Origin: Heterodontus francisci
Lineage: Eukaryota
Reading direction: 5' to 3'
Length of the DNA: 63,389 nucleotides
Assembly (NCBI RefSeq): GCF_036365525.1
Contig: NC_090416.1
Location: 16,216,945 to 16,280,333, forward strand
A model generated the notes under the pieces. The model saw nothing but the letters and a program-made list of their open reading frames with translations. It was not told the DNA's origin and did not search any database. This document shows, in pieces, positions 48,450-60,080 of the stretch (its first letter is position 1; every line of letters begins with the position of its first letter). The position numbers and the translations under genes were made by a program.

Positions 48450-48810
48450 AGAAAAGCAAATTGCTGCAGATGCTGGAAATCGGAAATAAAAACGAGAAAT
48501 GCTGGAAACACTCAGCAGGCCTGGCAGCCTCTGTGGAGAGAGAAACACAGTTAACGTTTCAGGTCTGTGACTTTTCATCCGAACTGGGAAATGTTGGAGG
48601 TGTAATGGGTTTTGAGCAGGTGGGGAGGGGGTGGGGAAGAGGAGCAAGAGGGTCTGTGATGGGATGGAGGGTAGGACAGATTAAATGGCAAAATGTTTCA
48701 TGGTACAAAGCCAAAGGGAGTGGTAATGGGACAAGTGAAAAAACAAAACAATAGATGGATCTGAATGAATTTTATTTTGAATTTCGAGCATCTGCAGTAT
48801 TTTGCTTTTG
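48450..48810. mobile_element. Penelope-like terminal-repeat fragment (related pieces at ~57810-57860, ~58670-58810, ~61450-61800)
   Basis: gcagatgctggaaatc...aaatgctggaaacactcagcagg...aacgtttcagg, with an inverted copy of the start at ~48780-48810. Family name from recall. Confidence 0.55.
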
Positions 48811-48829
48811 TGCTATTGTTTCATTCACA

Positions 48830-51800
48830 GAATAGTTACAGCACAGAAGGAGGCCATTTGGCCCATTGTGTCTTTGCTAGCTCACTACAACAACAACTCA
48901 CCTAGTCCCGCTCCCCCACCTTTTCCCCGTAGCCCTGCAAATCTTTTCTCTTTCGATAATTATCCAGTTCTTTTTTTGAGTGCCTCAATTGCACCTGCCT
49001 CCACCGCACTCTGAGGCAATGCATTCCAGATCCTAAACACTCGCTGTGTAAAAAAAGATTTCCCTCATGTCACTGTTACTACTTTTGCCAATCACCTTAA
49101 ATCGGTGCCCTCTGATTCTGGATCCTTCCGCCAATGGGAACAGTTTGTCTCCATCTACTCTGTCCAAACCCCTCATGATTTTGAACACCTCTATCAAATC
49201 CCCTCTTAATCTTCTCTTCTCCAAGGAAAACAGACCCAACTTGTCCAACCTCTCCACGGCGCAGTGGTTAGCACCGCAGCCTCACAGCTCCAGTGACCCA
49301 GGTTCAGTTCTGGGTACTGCCTGTGCGGAGTTTGCAAGTTCTCCCTGTGACCGTGTGGGTTTCTGCCGGGTGCTCCGGTTTCCTCCCACAGCCAAAGACC
49401 TGCAGGTTGATAGGTTAATTGTCCATTGCAAATTGCCCCTCGTGTAGGTAGGTGGTAGGAGAATTGAGGGAAGATGGGGATGTGGTAAGGGAATATGGGA
49501 TTAATGTAGGATTAGGATAAATGGGTGGTTGTTGGTCGGCACAGACTCGGTGGGCCGAAGGGCCTGTTTCAGTGCTGTATCTCTAAATTAATAAATAAAA
49601 ATAAGTAACTGAAGTTCCTCATCCCTGGAACTATTCTCGTGAATCTTTACTGCACCCTTTCTCATGCCTTCACATCCTTCCTTCAGTCAGGTGCCCAGAA
49701 CTGGACACAATACTCCAGTTGAGGCTGAACCAGTGTTTTATACAGGTTTCTCATAACTTCCTTGTTCTTGCACTCTATGCCCCTATTCATAAAGCCCAGG
49801 ATCCCATATGCTGTATTAACCACTTTCTCAACCTGTCATGCCCCCAGGTCCCTCTGCTCCTGAACCCCTTTTAGAATTGTATCCTTTATTTTATATTGCC
49901 TCCCCTCGTTCTTCCGACCAAAATGTATCACTTCACGCTTTCCTGCATTAAATGTCATCTGCCACTTGTCTGCCCATTGCACCAGCCTGCCTGCGTCCTC
50001 TTAAAGTCTATCGCTATCCTCCTCACAGTTCACAATACTTCCACGTTTTGTGTCATCTGCAAATTTTGAAATGTTTCCCTGTACAGCCAGGTGTAGGTCA
50101 TTAATACAGATGAAGAAAAGCAGGGATCCTAACACCAGTCCCTGGGCATCCCCATTATATACCTTCCTCCAGTCTGAAAAAAGAACCATTCACAACTACT
50201 GTCACTCAGTCAATGTCATATCCATGTTGTCAATGCCCCTTTTATTCCATGGGCTCTAACTTTGCTGACAAGCCTGTTATGTGGCATGTTATCAAATGCC
50301 TTTTGAAAGTCCATGTGAACCACATCAACCGCATTGTCCTCATCCACCCTCTCTGTTACCTCCTCAAAAAAAAACTCAAGCAAGTTAGTTAAACACGATT
50401 TTGCCCTTAACAAACTCGTACCATGCTGGCTTTACTTAATTACATCTGAGTGACTATTAATTTTCTCCCGAATCATCGTTTCTAGAAGCTTTCCCACCAC
50501 CAAGGTTAAACTGACTGGCCTGTAGTTGCTGGGTTTAGCATTACACCCTTTTTTGAACAAGGGTGTAATATTTGCAATCTCCACCTCTGGCATCACCCCT
50601 GTATCTGAAGAGGTTTGGAAGATTATGACCAGTGCCTCTGCAATTTCCACCCTCACTTCCCTCTTTCCTTTGATGCATCTCATTGGGTCCTGGTAACTTG
50701 TCGACTTTAAGTCTACCTAATGCCTCCTCCTTATCAATTTTTAGCCCATCCAGTGTCTCAACTATCCCTCCCTTTTCACCATGACTTGGGAAACTTCTTC
50801 TTCCTTGGGAAAGACAAAGTATTCATTTAGTACCTCAGTCATACCTTTCCCCCTCGTGGCAGTGTACCTTAACTGTACCCAAACCGCCTCATTTATAAAG
50901 GCGGCCCATTGTTCAGTTGCAGGTTCGGCTTCCAATCTTTGATTCCAATTTAATTGGGCCAGGTCCATTCTTACTCCATTGATGTTGGCCCTCCCCCAGT
51001 TAATTATTCTTACTCTGGATTGCGCCTTGTCCTTTTCCATAGCCAATCTAAACCTTATGATGCAGTGGTCACTGTCCTCTAAATGTCCCCCTACTGTCTC
51101 TTGATCCACTTGACCCACCTCATTCCCCAGAATCAGATCCAGAAATGCCTCATTCCTTGTTGTAGTGGAAACATACTGATGTAGAAACTTCTCCTGAAAC
51201 ACACTCCAGAAACTCTTGCCCCTCTCTGCCCTTTACACTATCACTAACCCAGTCTATATTAGGATAAGTAAAGCCCCTCATTATTACTAATCTATAATTC
51301 TTGCACCTCTTGGTAATTTACTTGCAAATTTGTTCCTCTATATCTTTCCCACTAGTTGTTGACCTATAGAATGTATAGACTCAGCAATGTAATGGTACCT
51401 TTATTGTTTCATAGCTGCAACCATATAGATTCTGTCCTTGATCCCTCGAGGACATCCTCTCTCTCCAGCACTGCAATATTCTCCTCAGTCAATACTGCCA
51501 CCCCTCCTCCTTTCTTTCCTTCCCTATCCTTCCTGAACACCTTGTATTCAGGAATATTTAGTATCCAGTCCTGCCCCTTTTTTTTGAGCCAGGTCTTTAT
51601 CACCATGACATCATATTTCCACGTGGCTATCTGTGCCTGAAGCTCATCAACCTTATTTAACACACTCACCCCTCCCCACCCCCACCACCACCCCCCACCC
51701 CCCACACTTCACATACATGCACAGTAAACCTAGTTTACATTTTATTACTTTCCCTCTTATTCTAACCCCACCTAATGCTTTACTATTTCCCACACTAATG

Positions 51801-52680
51801 CTGTCTGTCTCTCCAAGTTCTCTGTGCACTTTGGTCTTGCTCTCTAATGTTACCTGCTGGTTCTCACACCCTGCCACGTTAGCTAAAACCCCTCCCTGAT
51901 AGCACTAGCAAGTCGCCCTACGGGGACGTTTGTCCCGGCTGTTGCACCATCTTTCCAGCCACACGTTCATCTGTTCTATCCTCCTATTTCTATCCTCACT
52001 CGCATGTGGTACTGGGAGTAATCTGGTGATTACTACGAGGTCCTAGTTTTTCTAGCTCCCTAAACTTTGCCTATGTCGTTGGTACTGATACAGGTGACAA
52101 CTGCTGGCTGTTCACTCTCCCCTCTCAGAGTGCTCTGCAGCCGCTCAGTGACTATCCTAGACTCTGGCAGCAGGGAGGCAACACACCATCCTGGATTGAC
52201 ATCAACAGCTGCAGAAATGCCTGTCTGTTCCCCTAACTATCGAATCCCCTATCAGTCCTGTCCCCACTGTGTAGCTGAGCCAACCATGGTGCTGTGGACT
52301 AGGCTCTGTCTGTACTCCCCAGTGGAACCATTGATCTCACCAGTATTCAGAACCGAATACTGGTTGGAGAGTGAGATGCACTCAGGGGACTCCTGCACTC
52401 CCTGCCTGGTCCTTCTTGACTGCCTGGTGGTCACCCATCCCCTCTCTGCCTGCATACCCTTACGTTGGCCACATCTATTACGTTCTATACATGAAACTCT
52501 CATTCTCACGGATGCGGTGCAGTGAATCTAACTCTAAAACCCGGAAGCTCGAGCTGCTACAGGTGATGATACTTTCTGCACATGTGGTTGTCTGGGACAC
52601 GGGAAGCGTCCTGGAGTTTCCACCTAGGACAGGCTGCGTGCTCCATGGGACTGAGCTGCCCTGCCATGCCTCTATTCGTT
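48830..52680 (-). mobile_element. Long decayed CR1 LINE (ORF1 remnant, endonuclease, RT, tail)
   Basis: Minus-strand ISLSNQYSVL (ORF1-like), YKVFRKDREGKKGGGVA and LDLILGNE..SDH (APE), NYRPVSLT, DFQKAFD, FADDTK. Confidence 0.88.
49255..49603 (+). mobile_element. HE1-like V-SINE, near full length, nested in CR1
   Basis: gcgcagtggttagcac..cctcacagc head; V-domain ggagtttgca..gtgctccggtttcctcccaca; CR1-type tail gggccgaagggcctgtttc. Confidence 0.85.
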
Positions 52681-52789
52681 AAGACTTATAAACCGACTTA
52701 ACAGAAATAAACTTAAGAAATAAATAAATAAACAGTCACCAGCTACTGGCCAATCAGCTGCTTCCCTCATACAGAATAGAAAAGCAGAA

Positions 52790-53550
52790 TATTATTTACA
52801 TGGAGAGAGACTGCAGAATGCTGCAGTACAGAGGGATCTGGGTGTCCTTGTACATGAATCACAAAATGTTAACATGCAGGTACAGCAAGTAATTAGGAAG
52901 AGAAATGGAATGTTGGTATTGATTGCAATGGGAATGGAGTATAAAAGTAGGGACATCATGCTACAACTGTACCGGGCATTGGTGAGACCGCACCTAGAAT
53001 ACTGCATACAGTTTTGGTTTCCTTATTTAAGGAGGGATATACTTGCATTGGAAGCAGTTCAGAGAAGGTTCACTTGGCTGATTCCTGGGATGAAGGGATT
53101 GTCTTATGAGGAAAGGTTGAGCAGTTTGGGCCTGTTTAGAGTTGAGAAGAATGAGAGGTGATCTTATTGAAATGTGTAAGGTTCTGAAGGGGCTTAATTG
53201 GGTGGATGGTGAGAGGATGTTTCCCCTTGTGGGGGAATCTAGAACTCGGGTGAACAGTTACAGAATACGGGGTCTCCCATTTAAGACGGAGATGAGGAGG
53301 AATTTCTTCTCTGAGGGTCATTAATCTTTGGAATTCTCTTCCCCAGGGAGCAGTGGAGGCTGGGTCATTGAATATATTCAAGGCTGAGTTGGAGAGTTTT
53401 TTGATCTAAAAGGGAGTTGAGGGTTATGGTGGGGGGCAGACAGGAAAGTGGAGATAAGGTCACAATCAGATCATCCATGATCTTATCGAATGGCAGAACA
53501 GGCTCGAGGGGCCGAATGGCCTTCTCCTGTTCTTATTTCTTATGCTTTTA
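52790..53550 (+). mobile_element. CR1 LINE 3' fragment
   Basis: LYRALVRPHLEYCIQFW; tail caggctcgaggggccgaatggcc. Confidence 0.88.
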
Positions 53551-54254
53551 TGTTGAAGATATCGTACCTGCTGTATTCAATACCTGTCCAGCTCTTTAAA
53601 GCCCAAAGTGGCCGTAACTGTTCCTATCTGTGCAGAGAGCCCTTGGCAGTAATATAATATAATGAAAATGGCCTGGCTGAAACTCCCCGGGTCTGGATAT
53701 CTCAGTACAGATCGGGGAAGGGGTGGTGGGAGTGCTGGAATCTGGGCTTTCCCAGCAAGTGTCCTGTAAGGGAACTGAATGACCTCAACGAAGGAACGAG
53801 TTCACAGAGGGAGATGAGGCTGATGTGATTGTAGTGTGTGCGAACAAGAGGAGGCCATTCAGCCCTTCGAGACTGCTGTACCATTCCATTAGATCATAGC
53901 TGGTCTGTACCTTAACCCCATATACCCTGCCTTAGCTCCATAGTCCTTGCTGCCCTTACCCAATAAAAATCTATCAACCACAATCTTTATAACTCCATTT
54001 TTTAATGAAGTGCATTTCTATAGCGTCTTTCACAACCTCAGGATGTTCCCAAAGTGCTTCGCAGCCAATGAAATACCTTGAAAAGCAATGTTGGGAAATG
54101 AAGACTGGGATGTAGAGCAGGAGGAGTTCAGTTCAGTTCTCCTGAGGGGCCCAGTCCAGATAATGGGTTGTTTTGTTATAAATGTGTGACGTGTCCAAGA
54201 ATGTAACCGTTTAACGGTGTTTCTCGGATTTCCGTCCTGTTTCTGTGTGTTTCA

Positions 54255-54390
54255 GAGCAGGGGAACTGGGCCCAGATGCTGCTGCTCTCTGCTGCTTATC
54301 GGACAGTGAACAGGGAGGTTTCGGTTCCTCCCCGAGGCTCCTCTCCCACCCCCTGCAGTGAGTGACCACACCACCTGCACCACATCACAA
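54255..54390. promoter_or_regulatory. Candidate IgL 3' enhancer
   Basis: EICE GAGGAACCGAAACC (minus strand, 54317-54330), Ets GGGGAACT 54260, E-boxes CAGATG 54273 and CACCTG 54372, Runx ACCACA 54365 and 54379. Confidence 0.55.
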
Positions 54391-56279
54391 ACAAGACAAA
54401 AACAGCATCGATTTGGGTATCAGGATCTAAAATAAGGCTTTCAGAACACCGCCCAGGTCCCCTGTGGTTGATGACGAGGGCCTGATCTGAGCTGCATTCA
54501 GTGCCATTCTCAGACCCAGTCTGGAACCTGGCTGTTCGGCCATGTGAATCATCAACATTGTGGATTTAACTGGACGGATAAACGTTTGATGGCCTTTAAG
54601 ATACTCCTTAAAACCTACCTCTTTGACCGAGCTTTTGGTCACCTGCTCTAATATCTCCGAATGTGGCTCAGCATTAAACTTTGTTTGCTGACACTCCTTG
54701 CGACGTTTTATTACATTAAAGGCGCCATATAAATGCAGATTGGTTGTTGTTTGCAAATGACAATTCGTTGAAGACCTTAATAACTAACCGACTGCAGGCC
54801 ATGAAGTACATCAACTAAAGCCACAATTAAAACTCAAGGCTTCTGATGTAAGTACAGTACTGAAGGAATACCGCACTGCCGGAGGGGCTATCTGTCACTT
54901 GGAATCTGCCCTCTGTTAAAGATACTGCAACCCCTATTTAGAAAAAGAGTTGGGAATTCTCCCCCATCCCCGTGTCTTGGCTGATATTTATCCTTCAATC
55001 AATATCACAAAAAAAAATCACCTGGGTCATTATCTCATTGTTATGTGTGTGGGATCATGCTGTGCACAAATTGGCTGCTGTGTTTCCTACATTACAACAG
55101 TTGACTAGACTTCAAAAAAAATACTTGGTTGGCTGTAAAGCGCTGTGGGACATTCTGAAGCTGTGAAAGGAGGCTCACTGTCACCTTCTCAGGGGGACAA
55201 ATAGTGATGGACAATAAATGGCTGGTCTTACCAGAGATGCCCACATCTCGAGAATGAAGAAGTGCAGGTTCTGTCTCTCTGGACGCTGTGATGACCCCTT
55301 GTAAAACATACTGAAACTAAATAGTTCTAAAAACATCTGCATAAATACAGCATCCTCAGACTCGAGATGAGGATTAAACCTGCATTTAATACCTCTTTAA
55401 GTGCGTGGCCCCTTTAAGGTGTGCTGAGGGACTGGGCTTTTCCAGCACTCTCTGTCCATTTACTCTTTGAGGTGATGCAACCGATACCCACTCCACAGCC
55501 GGAGGCTCAGTTAACAGCCCTTCCCTCTTATGGCCCCTAGTTCTGCTCTCACCCGCAAGTGGAAACGTCTAGCCTTATCGAGTCCTTTCATAACCTTAAA
55601 GGGCTCCATCAGGTCCTACCCTCCCCCCCTCTCAGTCTTCTCTTTTCAACCTATCCTGGTAGCCTATCTCAGTACTGGTACCATCCCAGCACATCTTTTC
55701 TTGCACCTTCTCCAGTGTCATTTTATAATATGGAGACGGGAACAGTGCACAGTAATTCCAAGTGTGGTCTAACTGAGGTTCCCTACAAGTTTGACTTAAT
55801 GTATCTGCTTCTCAATTCTATCCCTCGAGAAATTAACCCCGGTCTTTGGATTGCTTTTTATATGGCCTTATTCAGCAGCATTGCTGCAGTTACTCTGTAA
55901 CCCTCGATCCACAACCCTATTTAGACTCTTTCTTCCCCACCTCCCCCTCCCTCCAGGACTAGGTGACCTCATTCATCCTCCCAAAAAGTAGCACCTCACA
56001 CTTATCCATACTGACCTTCATTTGCCAATTACACACCCATTCTGCATGTCCTGTCATTTGTGATGGACCTAATATTAACTGCAGCCTCCCCCAATTTGGA
56101 GTCATCAGCAAACTCTCAAATTGTACCTGGGGCTAGTCTGTCCCGTGCCATCCCATCTCTCGGACCGGGATAGTGAGCAGTACTCCCTGGGAGGGACGGT
56201 ATTTTATTCCAAACAGAGGCTTTTCCTGTAAATCACATACAATGATGGTCTAGTATGGGAGAAACTACACTTTAGGATG

Positions 56280-56790
56280 GGAGGGTTGTTGAGAGTGTGC
56301 AGAGGAGGTTTACTGGAATGGTTCCAGGGATGGGGGAATTCTAGTTATAAGGTCAGCCTGGAGAAGCTGGGATTGTTTTCCTTGGAGCGAAGGAGATTGC
56401 AGGGAGATTTAATAGAGGTGGACAAGATTATGACAGATCTGGATAGAGTAGACAAGGAAAAACAGTTCCCATTAACTGATGGTACAAGGGCTAGGGGACA
56501 CAGATTGAACGTTTTGGGCAAGAGATACAGGTGCGGGGGAGGGGGGGGGGGTGGTTGTGAGGAAGAATTTATTTATTATTAAATGCAGTGAGTGACAATG
56601 ACCTGGAACTCACTGCCAGCAGAGTGGTGGAAGCAGGAGACAATGATTTCAGTAAGAAACGGGGCAGGGGGAGGGGGCACTTGTAGGAAATAAATTCGCA
56701 GGGGGCCACGGGGGGATTGGGACTGACTGGATTGCACTACGGGGAGCTGGCACGGGTCCGAGGGGCCGAATAACCTCCTTCTGTGCCAGA
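56280..56790 (+). mobile_element. CR1 LINE 3' fragment
   Basis: LEKLGLFSLERRRLQGDLIEV..RGHRL. Confidence 0.8.
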
Positions 56791-56984
56791 AATAAAATCG
56801 AATTCGTTTAAAATAGTTAACTCTGCTTGAATATTTTTTTATTAAATCTGCCCAAAAGAAAAATCCTCAAATCGCCAATATTCGTACAGTTAACCACTGA
56901 CTTGCACCAATATCCACCTCAACTCACCCCCACCTCCCCCCTCCCCAGAAGAAAAATAACAGAGCAATTTGAATTCATGTCATC

Positions 56985-56990
56985 TTTATT
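56985..56990 (-). terminator. Probable IgL polyadenylation signal
   Basis: AATAAA on the minus strand ~330 bp past the C-region stop. Confidence 0.55.
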
Positions 56991-57317
56991 AAAACAGTCA
57001 CACACAGAGATACACTTTTCAATTCTAACAAATGGTACTGCTGAGAGAAAGGAGAGAGGGAGCAGAACCCATCCAGCTCCAAATGGGAATGTACTCCCGG
57101 GATAGGTGGTCCTGATATTCACTGTCACCCACCTGCGCCCCCCAGTTAAAATTGAATCCAAAATTGGATCGTTAAACTGCGATTGAAGTGACTGTTTCAA
57201 CATCGTTGGCCACATTTGCTACAGTGATTACATTGTAAAACAACAACAACAACATTCCACATATTGAATAATATTTCATCAGCAATAAATCAAACTCTAA
57301 ACCCCAGTTGCCCCCTC

Positions 57318-57646
57318 TCAGTCGGAACAAGCGGTGGAGCTGATGGTTTTGAGGAGAGGTGAGCTCAGAGAGCCGTGGTCCACACTGCAGGTATAGCTGG
57401 AGCCCTTATTCCAGGCAGTGGCGGGGACTCTCAGGTAACTGCTCAGGCTGTAGCTTTGATCACTGTCCGTGGACACGGTGCCTGTGGTCACCCCGCTGTC
57501 TGTCTCTTTATCATCCACTCTCCAGAGAACCCGCACGAAACCCGGCTTAAAGCGGCTCACCAGGCAGGACAGAGTAGCCCATCCCGAGTCTATTTCTTCC
57601 GAGGAAGGAGGGAGCAGGAGAACTGATGGTTTCCGATCCTCACTAC
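57318..57646 (-). CDS. Ig light-chain constant exon (type I/NS5/sigma-cart-like)
   Basis: SEDRKPSVLLLPPSSEE...ATLSCLVSRFKPG..VLW...YSLSSYL...YTCSVDH...TACSD*; C1-set domain with the terminal interchain Cys; acag acceptor, phase 1. Confidence 0.95.
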
Positions 57647-58992
57647 CTGTGTGTGTGAGAGACAGGGTGGAAGAAAGGAATCTCACTGTTAGTATCAATC
57701 ATTTTTTCTAAAAGGCACATCCAGAATTAGTAACACATACTATAATTTAAAACAAACATTTAACTTGACTTCAGACTTAGGTAGAGACAGTAAATAATAT
57801 AACAGCCTGAGTGTTTCCAGCACTCGATTTCAGATTTCCAGCATCTGCAGGATTTTGCTTTGATTGGATTAAAATTAAATATTTAGTCCAATCTTAACTC
57901 CCTGTCAATTGAGAGCTGGACTTGTACATGGATTCGAGACATTCAATATAAATTAATTAACTGAATATTAAATACAACAGACAATATCGAATTGTTTAAA
58001 ATTCAGGGGCAGATTAAAATCAAAAGTTTAAAAATTGAGGAAGTTTCACATTTCGGATAGGCTGTACTGGAGGTCTTATGGAGGTGCTCGGAGTATGTAT
58101 TGGGAGTAACTCAACCTCCCAGATCCACACTCAGAGTTCGGTGATCACCTCACCAGGAAAAATTCTTTATTTAAAAAAAAAGACTTTTAAAAGTAATAAA
58201 GTTCGGGGCGGTTTCCATTTAGAAAGTAGGTTAGACACTTCACATGAACGAACGACAGCCGGAAGGAGGGGGCTGGGAAGGGAGACGGGGGGTCGTGGGT
58301 AGAGGGACCGGGTGCGTTAGGAACAGACAAGATGGGGGGGGGGGGGGGGGGGGCGCAGAATGAGGCCATTCGGTCCATCGAGTCCGTGCCGCAGCCTAAC
58401 CCACTTCCCAACTTTGGGAGTCTTTTTTTGAGGTGGGGGAGGTGGTGCTAGTGTCAAACTCGACCCCCTTTGAGTGTGAGTAAAATTCCTGTTTGTAAAT
58501 CTTCCAGCAACACCCGGGGCAGGCTCGCTATTTATACAACAGTGCAGCGAATAGACGGAGAAGTCCACACCTGCACACTGCAGACCTGGCCGAACAGACT
58601 CGAGGGGCTGAATGGCCTTTCTCCCCTTTTCATTCTGCATTTTTATTTTGCCAATGGAGTTTTTCCTCGGTTCTGAGGAAAGGTCAGAGACCCGAAACTG
58701 TTCACCGTTTCTCCCTCTCTCTCCGCAGAGGCTGCCCAGACCTGCTGAGTATTTCCAGCATCTTCTGTTTTTTTTTATTTCAGATTTCCAGCATCCGCAA
58801 TTGTTTTGCTGCTATTTTAGTGTTCATTTTTCTACCCTCCAGAACCCAAATTCCCAGCACTGAATCAGTGGACAGAAAAATAAAAATCTGACCCAATTTT
58901 TTTTCACCGTTATCAGGGCAGATCCGATTCTGCAACAATAAATGAATAAATAATTGAAACAATATGAATGATAGGATGAGGGAATTACTTAC

Positions 58993-59029
58993 TCCGTAAA
59001 CTCAGGGCGGTCCCAGGTCCGAAGGTAAA
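58993..59029 (-). CDS. Ig light-chain J segment (FTFGPGTALSLR)
   Basis: FGxG motif; gtaagt donor in phase 1 matching the C exon; adjacent RSS. Confidence 0.95.
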
Positions 59030-59068
59030 CACAGTGCAGTGTTTTAATGGGACGGGTCACCTAAAACC
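59030..59068. other. J recombination signal, 23-bp spacer
   Basis: CACAGTG 59030-59036, 23 bp, CCTAAAACC 59060-59068 (7/9 nonamer match). Confidence 0.92.
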
Positions 59069-59382
59069 CAGGCTGGGAAGAAAGAGGGGAAATATTAATA
59101 ATCTGTCCTTTATCACATTCCCTTTCACATTCTGCCTTTCACAGGGGCCGGAATGCTGAGAGTCTGGAGAAAGATTTTCACATATCAGTGAGGAAACCTT
59201 GAGAATATCAGTGTTTACCTACCCAGCTAATAGTCCAAATATTGGGGAAAATCCAAATAAACCCATGGAAACCCAGTGAGATTTTCCACAAGTTACATAA
59301 GGAATATTTCTGAAACTCATCCCACAGTCTCAGGCAGGAATATTTCAGTAGCTGTTGGAATTCTGAGTGGTTCTGTTGATAC

Positions 59383-59410
59383 AGTTTTTGTATTGCCCTG
59401 TCTCACTGTG
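59383..59410. other. V recombination signal, 12-bp spacer
   Basis: Minus strand CACAGTG-AGACAGGGCAAT-ACAAAAACT. Confidence 0.95.
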
Positions 59411-59738
59411 TATATAGCTGCTGAGCCATCCCCGGCAGCACAGTAATAGACGGCGGAGTCTCCCGGTTCCAAGCTGCCGATGGTCAGAATGTGACTGTGA
59501 CTGGAGGTGTCTCTGGAAGGTTTAAAACGGTCCGTGAAGCCGGTGCCTCGATAGATCCTACCATCTGTATAGTGGGCTAACACCCACACCGGAGCCTCCC
59601 CGGGTCTCTGTCGATACCAGCTCATGTAGTAACTGCCCACATTGCCGTTCTGCATCGCACACTTTAACTCGGAGGTCTCACCGGCGGAGACTGGGTCTGA
59701 AATTGGGGTCTGATTGAGGACAGGAACCGCCAGGACAC
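59411..59738 (-). CDS. Ig light-chain V exon (germline, unjoined)
   Basis: GVLA|VPVLNQTP...LKC...WYRQRPGEAP...DRFKPSRD...LTIGSLEPGDSAVYYC; open frame. Confidence 0.96.
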
Positions 59739-59901
59739 CTTCAACACAAAACACAGGAGAGAGAAAAACACATTCAGTTTATTGGAGCAAAAAAAACACA
59801 CTGATAAATAAACAGGCCGGGCAACCAAATCCCTTTGCTTCCTAATCTAATGGTTTAAAAATGAATAATTGAGTAACGTTCTGTTAACATAAGTCTCTCA
59901 C

Positions 59902-59950
59902 CTGTTAAATGGAGTAGCAGGGTCCCCAGGAGATACATTACTGCAGCCAT
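59902..59950 (-). CDS. Ig light-chain leader exon (MAAVMYLLGTLLLHLTG)
   Basis: 49-bp hydrophobic leader; CAG|GTGAG donor in phase 1 matching the V exon. Confidence 0.9.
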
Positions 59951-60055
59951 TCCCTCCGGGGGGGGGAAAAACCCGTGAAGAATTAGTGAGCAGGGTTTTA
60001 CTGTAACTCCAGAAAGTGGATCCAGTTACAGTGCCGGACAAGGTGAGACCAGTAT

Positions 60056-60080
60056 CTATTATATGAACCTGTATGCAAAT
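60056..60080 (-). promoter_or_regulatory. IgL promoter: octamer plus TATA-like box
   Basis: ATTTGCAT (minus, 60073-60080; light-chain orientation) followed by CATATAATAG, ~110 bp upstream of the ATG. Confidence 0.88.

Noticed and set aside
49255-49330. tRNA-like sequence (also ~2525, ~32435, ~47125)
   Set aside because: SINE heads continuous with SINE bodies; no complete cloverleaf.
54367-54404. Kappa-deleting-element-like RSS downstream of C (CACACCA-22bp-ACAAAAACA)
   Set aside because: Heptamer matches only 4/7, the spacer is 22 bp, and the bases are explained by Runx/E-box sites; likely chance.
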